DNA of 64,000 bases from an uncultured bacterium (GTDB taxonomy: Bacteria; Chloroflexota; UBA5177; JANWHV01), in NCBI GenBank assembly GCA_963827235.1, contig CAWHAE010000010.1, forward strand, positions 160,001 to 224,000, read 5' to 3'. The first letter of the stretch is position 1. Each line of letters begins with the position of its first letter. This document shows positions 51,968 through 64,000 of this stretch, in pieces. The notes under the pieces are model-generated. The model was not told the origin of the DNA and made no database searches. It saw only the letters and a list, made by a program, of their open reading frames with translations. A program made the translations under genes and the position numbers.

Positions 51968-52903
51968 TTAGCTCGAGATTCTCTGATTCCAGAAGCTAAC
52001 GGGCACCCCATTGAACCAGATCCCGCCTACGGCACCATGGAACTCCCAGGCCAACTTCTCGGTCTTGTTGTAATCCTCCAATCGAATCTGTGACCAATAC
52101 CCCGTTTCAGTCAGCCACTCGCCATCACGGTAGAAGCTCTCGGCAGCGTCGACGTATTGCGGCAGCGTCTGTTCCAGCAGTGCATGGTCGTTATAGTGGT
52201 CAGCCAGGAACTGGGCGTCGGACAACTGCCCTCCAGTGGGGTTGTACCAACGATGGTCCTCAAGAATATGACCGTACTCCATTTCCACTTCACCGGCTGA
52301 GATCGGACCATCCGCCCGCGTTGGCTCTTGGCCTTCGAGCCAGCGGGCCGCGCGCGCAGCCGGGCCTTGCCCCGTCTGCGATCCCGGGTCCTCTCCTTCA
52401 TCGCACTCTCCCTCTTCGCATTCGTCAGTCGGAGCCGTCGTGCCAGCCGGCGCCACCATAACAGACTGAATAGCGCTTAGCGCAAGGGTGTTGCCAGACT
52501 CGGCGGCGCTGGCCGTAATGCCGAGGTTGCGTTGCGCCGCCTCCACCCATCCAGCGTAGTATGGGTTGTTGGCGTACGTTTGCCGGACCATCAGGTCCCA
52601 GGCCACGTCGGCGTTCTGGCTCGCCTGCTCGCATGCCGACCACCCAGGATCGCTGACCGCCAGTGCGCAGCTCAGACCCGTCGGGTCGCTCGCATCAATG
52701 GGGTTGTCTCCCGCGTAGGCGTAACTGAACTGGCCACCCTGCCCGCTGGGGTCGGACTCGACGACGCGTTTGAGCACCGGGTCGTAGGCCCGGATCTGCA
52801 GCCAGTACCAGCGCGTCTCGTTATCCTACCAGTAGCCACGGTAGCGGAGCTGCTGCGGCACCTGCTCGCTGGCCGTGGTCGGCGCGCCCCACAGGTCGTA
52901 GGC
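51968..52903 (-). pseudogene. Orphan Rhs module 1: core extension + toxin tip, in-frame TAG at 52826-52828
   Basis: AYDLWGAPTTASEQVPQQLRYRGYW*DNETRWYWLQIRAYDP...DASDPTG, then an acidic soluble tip of about 235 aa. Confidence 0.88.
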
Positions 52904-53199
52904 GTTCTCTGCTTGGAGCCCGAGGTCCGCGCCGTGGCCGGCTTTGTGTTCGGCACTGCCTACCTCCTCCTGAAACGGGATCAGGGTTTGCCCAGGTTAC
53001 TTGTGCTAGGATATGCCCACTGATGCAGCGACACCGGTGTATGGCTGTTGCTCAGAGCCGAGTGCGCAACAACGCGCTCGCACGACCCGCAGCAGCTATA
53101 GCGATGACCGCGCGACACGGTGCATCGGTCAGTTAGCGCGAGAGCACAAGCGGTTCGCCGATGCGCATATGAGGATTGATAGCGGGAGCCGGAGGAAGC

Positions 53200-53583
53200 G
53201 TGAGCGAGAGCCGGCACGTTCTGGTCGTCGACGACGATCCCATGATCCGCTCTCTGCTCACCGACGCGCTCACCGTGGCCGGCTGCACGGTCGAGGAAGC
53301 CGAAGATGGCTGCGCGGCCCTGGGGCGGGTCAACGCAAGTACGTTCGACACCATCGTGCTCGATCTGCGGATGCCGCGCCTGGGTGGTCGAGCATTTCTG
53401 GAGCGGTACGGAGAACGAGAGGGCCATCGTGCACACGTGATCGTCTGCTCCGCGTATCTAGACGTTGAGCCAAAGGTCGGTGAGCTGCCGGCAGATGCGT
53501 TCCTGAAGAAGCCATTCAGCTTATGCGAGTTGTATGCCGCCGTCGAGTCAACCCCCCTCGGGAGCTGTCAGGCGCCCAAGTAG
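53200..53583 (+). CDS. Stand-alone response regulator receiver
   Basis: VLVVDDD, VLDLRMP, CSA, FLKKPF. Confidence 0.92.
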   Translation: MSESRHVLVVDDDPMIRSLLTDALTVAGCTVEEAEDGCAALGRVNASTFDTIVLDLRMPRLGGRAFLERYGEREGHRAHVIVCSAYLDVEPKVGELPADAFLKKPFSLCELYAAVESTPLGSCQAPK

Positions 53584-53764
53584 TCCCTCCAGAATCCCCC
53601 CGGAACGTGCGTTCCGATTCGCCACGGCTCCTCCCCCATTGGCGTTGAGCTCGCGTTTCGTCCAGCCTACGCCATCTTCGTGCCTCGGGCTCAGTCTCGC
53701 GCATGACTTCCACGACGCAAGATTGCCGTGGATATGCGCCGCGCCGGCTGCCGGCCAGGTCGCC

Positions 53765-53902
53765 GGTCAGCGCTTCATCAGGCCGATCAGCTCCACGCTC
53801 TTAGCCCTGGCCTGGTTGGCCGGGATGGCGAAGTAGACGCTCTGGGCATTCTCGTCGAGCAGAGTGTTGATGCCCACCACCCTGCCGCTCAGATCGAGGA
53901 GC
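53765..53902 (-). repeat. 3' end of protease gene (attL-like copy)
   Basis: Direct repeat partner of 43908-44045. Confidence 0.92.
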
Positions 53903-55965
53903 GGGCCGCCGCTGCTGCCGTGATTGATCGGGGCGGTATGCTGCAGGTAGGGCCAGGTCGCGGCCACGTTCCGTTGCAGCGCGGAGACGACGCCACTGCT
54001 GATTGACGGGTCGCCCTGAAGGCCCAGGGCGAAGCCGATGGCGACCACATTCTCGCCAAGCTGCACGCCGCTCGAGTCTCCCCAGGCGAGAGGCGGTAGC
54101 GGCTGTGCCGGCTGCGCGACCTTGATCACCGCCAGATCGTCGACCGCGTCTTGCCGGATGCTCAGCGCCGACAGAGCGGCGTTTGCCCGGTTCGAGAGCG
54201 TGACGCCGGTGGCGCCGTTGACGACATGGTCGTTGGTGACGACGTAGGCGAAACCGCCTGCCACGGCAACGACGAATCCGGTGCCCGTGCTCTGTTCGCT
54301 CTTGCTGATGTTTCCCGTCACGCGCAGGACGCTGGGCAGGCTCTGCTGCACCACCTGCTCGATGGTAAGCACGCGGCTCGCCGGCGTGCCGGAGGCCTCG
54401 GCAGTGGGAGTCGCCGTGCCGGTGGCCGGCGCCGTCGTGCCGGCCGGAGGCATCGGAGTGCTCGAGGTGACGGGCGTGACCGTCCAGGTTTCGGGCATCG
54501 GAGTGCTCGAGGTGACGGGCGTGTCCGTCCGGGTGGCGGGTACCGGCGTGGCCGTGCCTTGCCGGGGCGTGATCTCAGGCCGCGGCGTCTCGGTCACGGC
54601 AGGGGCCTCAGGGGGCAGCAAATCGGCATTCGGTGTGGGGATGGACGAGGGTGAATCGTAGACGACGGCGCGGTCGACGAGCCAGACACCGTTCTGTAGC
54701 TCGAGATGGTAGGTGACCGCGTAGAACTGGTCTCGCAGGGTATGTCGCTGGCCTGTATAGCGCGGATCGCGGTCGTCCGGAAGCCCGCTGGCGATTCTGA
54801 TCGCGAGCTCGTCTTCATGCTTGGTCAGCGTCGCGTCCGCCTGGTCGAGCTGGGCTCCGCTCAGCACGATGGAGTCCCACACCGGCGCCTCGATGCTGGC
54901 GATGCGCATGTGCTCGCCGGCCTGCTTGAGTCCGTGCAGCTGCTTCTGCAGATCCAGCAGCTCCTGCCCCACGGCCACCTGCGACAGCCGGCTGCCGTCC
55001 CCGCTCACCAGGGAGCGGCTTCGCAGCTCGAGGAACGCGTTCACGGCGGACTCAACGGCCAGGCGCTGCTGCGCAGTTGCCGGCGACTCGTTGATGGCCA
55101 GGGCGGTGGAGGTCGCAGCGAGGCTACCGGCCAGCGCGGTCGCGGTGGCGCGCGCCTCGGCAACCAGGAGGCGCGCGATCTGCTCCTGCCTTGCCTCGGC
55201 GGTTGCCGATCCCGCCGCATCCACGCTCGGCGTGGCTGTTGGGCGCGGCGTGCCGGTGGCAGTCGGCGGCGCCGTGGGCGTGCTCGTGTCCGCACGCGTG
55301 GGAGTGGCCGAAGGCAGCACGGTCGCCGTGGACGTAGGCGTGCTCGTGGCCGGTGAACCGACCAGCGGGATCCGGCCACCATTCGACGCGTAGACCAAAC
55401 CGGCGATGCCAAGCACGAGGACAAGAGTGATCACTCCCGCGACGATGGCCGGCACAGGTGATTCTCGCTGCACGCAGAGCGTGACCTGCACGGTAGCCTG
55501 GCCGCCATCCGTGTCGAAGTGGACGGCGCCGGTGTACGTGCCGGGCTTCATACCCGTGATCTGCGCCTGCACCTCGACGCTCTCCACGGCGCCGGCAGCA
55601 CAGAACAGCTCGCCGGTGCCGAGTACGGTGAGCCAGGGGGCGCCCGGCGCGGCCTGCACTTTGCCTGTTAGCAGGGCCGCGCCGTTGTTCGCCACGCGCA
55701 TCTTGCCGCGCACGAGGGCGTTGCCCTTGATCGTGCCCAGGTCGAGATCGTGGGGTGCCACGAGGCGTGGCCGCGGGACGATCGTGGTCGCCGCGACGGG
55801 CGGAATTATCTCCGTGCGCCCACCCGGTGGTGCGGGTGGGAACATACCGGCCAATTGGCGGCCGCACTGCCGGCACACCGACGCATCCGCGGGATTCTCG
55901 GCACCACAGACTGGACAGCTCACGCTGTTTGCTGCCGGTTCCCTTGGACTACCGTGAGGATCCAT
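53767..55965 (-). CDS. Membrane S1C trypsin-like serine protease with zinc ribbon, BACON-like domain, TM and Pro/Thr linkers
   Basis: CPVC...CRQC, PWL..V.V pattern, TM helix, GTGF, VTNDHVV, DLAVIK, INHGSSGGPL; no PDZ. Confidence 0.9.
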   Translation of the reverse strand: MDPHGSPREPAANSVSCPVCGAENPADASVCRQCGRQLAGMFPPAPPGGRTEIIPPVAATTIVPRPRLVAPHDLDLGTIKGNALVRGKMRVANNGAALLTGKVQAAPGAPWLTVLGTGELFCAAGAVESVEVQAQITGMKPGTYTGAVHFDTDGGQATVQVTLCVQRESPVPAIVAGVITLVLVLGIAGLVYASNGGRIPLVGSPATSTPTSTATVLPSATPTRADTSTPTAPPTATGTPRPTATPSVDAAGSATAEARQEQIARLLVAEARATATALAGSLAATSTALAINESPATAQQRLAVESAVNAFLELRSRSLVSGDGSRLSQVAVGQELLDLQKQLHGLKQAGEHMRIASIEAPVWDSIVLSGAQLDQADATLTKHEDELAIRIASGLPDDRDPRYTGQRHTLRDQFYAVTYHLELQNGVWLVDRAVVYDSPSSIPTPNADLLPPEAPAVTETPRPEITPRQGTATPVPATRTDTPVTSSTPMPETWTVTPVTSSTPMPPAGTTAPATGTATPTAEASGTPASRVLTIEQVVQQSLPSVLRVTGNISKSEQSTGTGFVVAVAGGFAYVVTNDHVVNGATGVTLSNRANAALSALSIRQDAVDDLAVIKVAQPAQPLPPLAWGDSSGVQLGENVVAIGFALGLQGDPSISSGVVSALQRNVAATWPYLQHTAPINHGSSGGPLLDLSGRVVGINTLLDENAQSVYFAIPANQARAKSVELIGLMKR
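54449..54523 (-). repeat. 30-bp exact duplication in protease linker (TPVTSSTPMP x2)
   Basis: GGCATCGGAGTGCTCGAGGTGACGGGCGTG at 54449 and 54494. Confidence 0.85.
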
Positions 55966-56087
55966 GCGCTAGGAAGATTCCCTCTGGAGCTTCATTGGGC
56001 ACGCTCAGTATACCATGGTCAAATCTGTGCCACGGGCGGCATAAGGGACAAAGTCGTGCCTCGAGGCAAGCGCGCTACACTTGAGAT

Positions 56088-57068
56088 ATGACCAACCCCA
56101 CACCCACCGAAGACATTCTGCAGATCTCGCTACCGACCAAATACCCCGTTGGACCGGTCAACTGTTACCTCCTCGACGGCCCGTCACCGGCTCTGGTCGA
56201 CTGCGGCCCACCTACCGAGGAGGCGGCGACCGCGCTCCGCGCGGCACTGGAGTCGCGCGGGCTGGAGCCGGCCGACCTCGAGGCAATCGTGCTTACGCAC
56301 CACCACATAGACCACGCGGGCGGCCTGGCGTGGCTTCTCAGAGAGTCGCACGCCACGGTGATGGGCCACCCATACAATCTGCGCTGGCTGCGACCCGACG
56401 CGGCCATGCAAGCCCGTCTGCGGCAGTTCATCGGCTGGCTGCTCTGTTACTGCGGCCTGGACGAATCCACGGCCGACCCGATGCGGAACCGCTTGCTCGC
56501 GAGCGTGTGGAGTGCCGATTACGCGCGCATTGACCGGGGTCTCGAGGAAGGAGACTCGGCATTCCTCGGCACCGCGGACTGGCACGTCCTGTACATGCCG
56601 GGGCACGCGGGCACGTCAATCACCCTTGTCCGAGACGACGGTCATGCCCTCGTGGGCGACACTCTGGTTGAACGTATATCGTCCAACGCGGTAGTGGAAC
56701 CGTCCTATGACGAGGACTCGGGGCGCACCCAGAGCCTGAGCGCCTATCGCAATAGCTTGAGCCGGCTGGCCGGACTGGAGCTTTCCCTCCTGCTGCCCGG
56801 CCATGGAGCGTGCTTCCGCAGGCACCGGGAGCTGATTGCTCGCCGTCTGCATAACCAGGAGCAGCGTGCTCGTCGATTGCTGACTTTGCTGCCGGAGGGC
56901 GGCGACACCGTGGGCAACCTGGCGAAGGCGCTCTTCCCCGGGCTCAAGGAGTCTCAGCTGTTGATCGGGCTCTCCGAGGCCCTGGCGCATCTCGACGTGC
57001 TGCAAAGCCAGGGACTGGTCACCGTCGAGGAAGGGCCGCCGGCACGCTATCGCCTTTCCCCCGTCTAA
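56088..57068 (+). CDS. MBL-fold metallo-hydrolase
   Basis: LTHHHIDHAGG, PGH, VGD, LPGHG, C-terminal winged-helix-like tail. Confidence 0.92.
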   Translation: MTNPTPTEDILQISLPTKYPVGPVNCYLLDGPSPALVDCGPPTEEAATALRAALESRGLEPADLEAIVLTHHHIDHAGGLAWLLRESHATVMGHPYNLRWLRPDAAMQARLRQFIGWLLCYCGLDESTADPMRNRLLASVWSADYARIDRGLEEGDSAFLGTADWHVLYMPGHAGTSITLVRDDGHALVGDTLVERISSNAVVEPSYDEDSGRTQSLSAYRNSLSRLAGLELSLLLPGHGACFRRHRELIARRLHNQEQRARRLLTLLPEGGDTVGNLAKALFPGLKESQLLIGLSEALAHLDVLQSQGLVTVEEGPPARYRLSPV

Positions 57069-57146
57069 CCCGGTCATACGCACTGCCGGACCGGCCAAAC
57101 GGCTCAGTTCTCCCCCGACAAGACGCGCTGAATTACATTCTACGAT

Positions 57147-58334
57147 ATGATCTTGCCATGCTTCACGAGCATGGCAGAGAAAGGACGCGCCGTCGTGCAA
57201 GGCAAGGTCGAGCGCTTCTCCCTCGCGGACGGCGAGGATGCCGTCATCCATGAGCTTCGGGCTCCGCTCGGCGCCGCCGCGGACGCGCTCAAGCAGTTCT
57301 GGGCTGCGCTGGAGGGTGACCTGGGTTCGGACCTGCACCGGCGTGATATTGCAAATCGCCTCGCCGCTCGGGAAGACATCGGCGACCGTTGGTACGTGGC
57401 CACGACGATCGAAGGCATCGTCTGTGCTCTGGAGCTTTCCAGGTCCAACCGTATTCCGCACCTGGGCTCCGTCCACCACCTGTACACCATGCCGAGCAGA
57501 CGCGAGCAGGGCCTGGCACGGCACGTCCTCGAGGTAGCTCTCGACCGGTTCGCCAGCGATGGCGGCCACGCGGTGCTCGCCCAGCTCAAACGCAGCATGC
57601 CTGCCTACAGCCTGTTTGCCGACTTCGGCTTTGAGGACTACCTGTCCATGCCGCCGCCCAGCGACAGAGTGACCACGCGGCGTATCTTTGGTGATCCGCA
57701 GTCCTTCGAGCAGCGCTTCTTCAGCGCGGCCACGCCCGAGGCGCTGGCTCGCCGGCCGCTGCGGCGATCGGACAAGTCCGCGCTCCTTCACCTGTTCAGC
57801 CACCCGGTGCCCTACCTCATTCGCTACTTTGCCCTGCACATCGTGGGCGAGTACGGCTTTGAGGACGCCGTGCTCACGCTGCTCGAGACGCTCGAGCGTG
57901 GCCAGGGCACTTCCGTCCTGGGCGTGGCCGCCGAGGGCACACCGGCTGCCCTTGGTACCGTTTTGCCCGCCGACCTCCCGTCGCCTCCCCTGCCGTATCG
58001 CGAACACGTCAGGCTGTTGGACCTGTTCGCTCGCCCCGGCTTCGAGGATGCCCTGGGTCCCGTGCTGGAGGCCTTGCTCGTGCGCGCCGATCTTCTGCCC
58101 GGCGTGCGCCGGTTGCTGAGCGTGGTGGACGAGGAGAATGCCGGTGTGCGCTCAGCACTGGAAGAAGCAGGTTTCGTGCAGTCGGGCACGCTGCACGAGT
58201 ACGTGATGTATGGCGATCGTGCCGGCAACGCCGTGTTCTATGAGCTGACTCGCGTGGCTCCCGACGAGACCATATCGCCCGAGCACCGCGAACGCGCGGC
58301 CCAGCCGGAAGGTCAGCCGGCCGGCGGCGGGTAG
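57147..58334 (+). CDS. Tandem GNAT N-acetyltransferase
   Basis: LYTMPSRREQGLA...AYSLFADFGF and second N....ALEEAGF motif; start uncertain. Confidence 0.8.
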   Translation: MILPCFTSMAEKGRAVVQGKVERFSLADGEDAVIHELRAPLGAAADALKQFWAALEGDLGSDLHRRDIANRLAAREDIGDRWYVATTIEGIVCALELSRSNRIPHLGSVHHLYTMPSRREQGLARHVLEVALDRFASDGGHAVLAQLKRSMPAYSLFADFGFEDYLSMPPPSDRVTTRRIFGDPQSFEQRFFSAATPEALARRPLRRSDKSALLHLFSHPVPYLIRYFALHIVGEYGFEDAVLTLLETLERGQGTSVLGVAAEGTPAALGTVLPADLPSPPLPYREHVRLLDLFARPGFEDALGPVLEALLVRADLLPGVRRLLSVVDEENAGVRSALEEAGFVQSGTLHEYVMYGDRAGNAVFYELTRVAPDETISPEHRERAAQPEGQPAGGG

Positions 58335-58417
58335 GGCTTCAGCTCAGATCAGGGAGCGGCACTGCTGGCCGCGCTTGAAAGAGCATCCACAGCACCGAGC
58401 GACGCAGCGGGCCAGCG

Positions 58418-59245
58418 TCAGGCGACCCGATGACCGAGCCGCGTATGAATGCGCTCAGCGACGTCCGGCGGGCAGGCCGGATGGGCCAGAATCGTAGAGC
58501 CGAGCGCTACCGAGCGCGGTCCACGCACGGCACGCCCGACCTCTCGCAGGACGGCCCCGGAGGCGTTCTGGTGAGCCGCGATGGCAGTGAGAATGGCCAG
58601 GTCGCGATGACGTGCCACGATGCTGCCGAGAGCCGCGTCGGAGCTGGCCGGGTGCGAGGCGACCGCCAGCGCCACGCTGCGCTCGAAGCTGAAGGCGAGC
58701 TTTTCCAGCACGGCAACCGGGCATCCTGCCCGATTCGCGGCTTCAAGGCTCAGCATCCAGTGCTCGGCAACGCATGGATCGCTGAAGAGTGCCTGCGGAC
58801 AGGAAACATTTCGCAGAATGGCGGCCCTCACGACCGTGGTGCTCATGCGCCATAGCTGGTTGAGCTCGGCCGGCGAGCGCGATCGCTGCGCCCTATCGGC
58901 CAGAACCTGCTCGGTCAGAGGATCGGAGGGATTCCAGGTCACGATCCTGCGTCCTCGAGCGGCCGAGGGCTTCCCCGCGGCGGGCCTCTTGCGCACAATG
59001 TTTCGCGCGGAGTCATATTCCTGTCTCGTCACGGGATCCAGCAGAATGTCGCGAGCTTCGGTGAGGAGCAGAAACTGCTGCGCGGCCCGTTGGTCGTCGG
59101 GGTGCCGGTCTGGGTGGGACTTCATGGCGCCCCGGCGATAGGCGCGACGGATTGCTTCGGGCGTAGCGTCCTCGGTCACTCCCAGCAGCGCATAGAGATC
59201 CAGGTGCCGGAAGTTCCTCACGGCGGAAGAAGACGCGCTCGTCAC
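58418..59245 (-). CDS. J-domain protein with C-terminal LRV/HEAT-like repeats
   Basis: LYALLGV...HPDRHP...LLDPVTRQEYD; repeats of VA.HP....L..L. Confidence 0.85.
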   Translation of the reverse strand: MTSASSSAVRNFRHLDLYALLGVTEDATPEAIRRAYRRGAMKSHPDRHPDDQRAAQQFLLLTEARDILLDPVTRQEYDSARNIVRKRPAAGKPSAARGRRIVTWNPSDPLTEQVLADRAQRSRSPAELNQLWRMSTTVVRAAILRNVSCPQALFSDPCVAEHWMLSLEAANRAGCPVAVLEKLAFSFERSVALAVASHPASSDAALGSIVARHRDLAILTAIAAHQNASGAVLREVGRAVRGPRSVALGSTILAHPACPPDVAERIHTRLGHRVA

Positions 59246-59343
59246 ACTGTCTCTCCCGGCATCCAGGCCGAGACGGCCATGGTCCGGACGTGATTGGACG
59301 ATATGGTGGTACGCACTCCGGCCTGGTCGGTTTCCGGCATCGG

Positions 59344-60111
59344 TCAGGCACCCATGATGCTGAAGCCGCCGTCGACGTAGAGCACCTGTCCGGTGATCCC
59401 GGAGGCGGCCGAGCTGAGCAGAAACACCGAAGCCGCGGCCACCTCGGCCGCGTCGACGTTCCGCTTGAGAGCAGACCGGTCGGCCGCCACGTCGAGAAAG
59501 CCGCTGAAACCGGCGATGCCCCGCGCCGAGAGGGTCTGTATCGGCCCGGCCGAGACGGCGTTGACGCGCACGTGGTTGGGACCCAGATCGGCCGCCAGGT
59601 AGCGGACGGAGGCTTCGAGGGCGGCCTTTGCCACGCCCATCACGTTGTAATGCGGCATGGCTCGTTGCGCGCCGAGGTACGTCAGCGTGACCACGGATCC
59701 GCCCTCGGTCATCAGCGGCAGGGCATCCCGTGTCACGGCGGTAAGCGAATAGGCGCTCACGTCGAGCGCCTGCAGGAAGCCCGCTCTGTTCGTGTCGACG
59801 AACCGCCCGGCGAGATCATCTCTGCTCGCGTAGGCGACCGCGTGCACGAGGAAGTCCAGTCGATCGTGGTGCCTGCGCACCTCCTCGTAGACCGACGCGA
59901 TCTGAGCGTCGTCCTGGACGTCACAGACCACGAGCAATGGCGGTTTGCCGAGCTGCTCGGCCAGCTTTCGCACGTCGCGCTCGGTGCGCTCGACATGAGC
60001 GAGGATCAGCGTCGCTCCCTCGGCGTCCGCCTCCTGGGCGATGGCCCAGGCGATACTGCGATGATTGGCGACGCCGTAGACGATCCCCACTTTGCCATCC
60101 AGCCGGCCCAT
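59344..60111 (-). CDS. fabI: Enoyl-ACP reductase
   Basis: GVANHRSIAW, SAYSL, TLTY, YNVMGVAKAALE, SAGPIQTL. Confidence 0.95.
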   Translation of the reverse strand: MGRLDGKVGIVYGVANHRSIAWAIAQEADAEGATLILAHVERTERDVRKLAEQLGKPPLLVVCDVQDDAQIASVYEEVRRHHDRLDFLVHAVAYASRDDLAGRFVDTNRAGFLQALDVSAYSLTAVTRDALPLMTEGGSVVTLTYLGAQRAMPHYNVMGVAKAALEASVRYLAADLGPNHVRVNAVSAGPIQTLSARGIAGFSGFLDVAADRSALKRNVDAAEVAAASVFLLSSAASGITGQVLYVDGGFSIMGA

Positions 60112-60227
60112 CACGTTGTGCCTTTCACTCTGCGCTCGTGTCGCGGTCTTCTCGACCGGAGCCGTGCGCGCGTCCCCGGCACCGCAGTGCCGGACGGATC
60201 CCAGCGCAAGAACTGCCGCGTGACATC

Positions 60228-62960
<2,733 letters not shown>

Positions 62961-63219
62961 CCCTTCATCAAGCCGATGAGCAATGGGAAGCGGTCAAGGG
63001 CCCGTGCCGGTCGCAGGGAGGCACAGACAACGCAGACTACACTCATTGTACAGGGCGGCGGTTTCAACCGGGCATTTCGTCTCTCTTGCAACGAGGCGCC
63101 GTTTGGCGTGTACTTTGAAGGGGTTGATCGCGGACTCGACCTCGCCGGTTCTGTGGCGGCCGGGCCGGTTGTGAGCGAAAGGGGCGCACGTGGCCTGTTG
63201 CTTGCAGCGTGCTAAGCGC

Positions 63220-63639
63220 ATGGCAATCGGAGAGTTCCGCGCCCACTTCGAAGCGCGGGTGATGCTGAAGTTCTCCGACTACCCGTTGCACCAAACTGTA
63301 AGCCATCGGCGCTGTGGCGGCTGTTACCTGGCCGTGTTCTGCGGCGAGGACCGAGACCCGGAGACATGGCGCTGGCTGGCTACCAGGTGGCTGCTCGTGC
63401 CGCTCACCGACGACGAGCTGGCCGACATGGAGGTAACACCGACCGGCACGCTCGGCAGCAGACGCCAGGAGCTACTGTCCAGGATCAAAGCCGACCAATG
63501 GCTCTGGCTCGTCGAAGGTCCCGGCCGCGGCGTAGGCCAGTGGGGACCGAGGGTCGACGACGTGAAGGCGATCATCGCCCTGCCGGCCAGCGACTGGCCG
63601 GTTCTGCCCGATGGTCCCGTGACGGCCGCCAAGCATTAG
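63220..63639 (+). CDS. Hypothetical protein (weakly DUF6575-like)
   Basis: D.PL...YLAV...WLLVPL...L pattern; family call from memory. Confidence 0.5.
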   Translation: MAIGEFRAHFEARVMLKFSDYPLHQTVSHRRCGGCYLAVFCGEDRDPETWRWLATRWLLVPLTDDELADMEVTPTGTLGSRRQELLSRIKADQWLWLVEGPGRGVGQWGPRVDDVKAIIALPASDWPVLPDGPVTAAKH

Positions 63640-63806
63640 CGGCCTGCTCTGCCATCCTTCCGCGAGTGGGGCCTTCGCCTCTCTCCGATCCCCTTTCCTT
63701 CCGCGGCTCCGATTCCCTCGATGTGAAGGCGGACCGGCGCGTGATAGACTGTTGTTCGGTGTTCGCCGCACGGTCGGCGGCCGCAATCGCAGGATGGGGG
63801 AGCGGA

Positions 63807-64000
63807 ATGGTCATCGTCATGCGCGCCGGGGCGACCACTGAGCAGTTACGGGCAGTGCTCGACCTGGTCGAATCAAGCGGCTTTCGTCCTCACATCAACG
63901 ACGGCGTCGAGCGGAAAGTCGTCGCGGTGCTCGGCGAGGTCGACATCGACAAGGTCGAGCTCGTGGAGCGGTTCGAAGATCTGGCCGGCGTGGAGAAAGT
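63807..64000 (+). CDS. aroF: DAHP synthase class I-beta, N-terminal regulatory domain (partial)
   Basis: MVIVMRAGATTEQL...G.ERKVVAVLG...LAGVEKV; runs off window. Confidence 0.85.
   Translation, partial: MVIVMRAGATTEQLRAVLDLVESSGFRPHINDGVERKVVAVLGEVDIDKVELVERFEDLAGVEK

Noticed and set aside
45555-52903. Rhs repeats as a diversity-generating retroelement TR/VR pair
   Set aside because: No reverse transcriptase in the window, and differences between copies are not adenine-specific.

Overview
GC-rich bacterial window; the gene content suggests Chloroflexota, but this is inference. Three zones are visible. (1) Two LacI-controlled sugar-utilisation loci: ABC + GH3 at 1-6020, and PfkB + 3 LacI + ABC + GH130 at 34.8-43.8 kb, each with visible operators. 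(2) A mosaic accessory region at about 6.5-34 kb. It holds XRE-STAND-TPR regulators, secreted proteins (including a five-repeat polyglycine-hydrolase-like serine hydrolase), a broken tyrosine recombinase, an ISKra4 remnant and many gene scraps. A 24.4-kb part of it is bracketed by a 107-bp direct repeat. (3) A 9.7-kb Rhs polymorphic toxin/immunity cassette island (44.0-53.8 kb) bracketed by a 138-bp duplication of the 3' end of a membrane S1C protease gene, followed by core genes (fabI, acnA, start of aroF). Several single-base frameshifts in otherwise intact genes look like long-read indel errors, so pseudogene calls based on frameshifts alone are tentative. No rRNA, tRNA or CRISPR array was seen.
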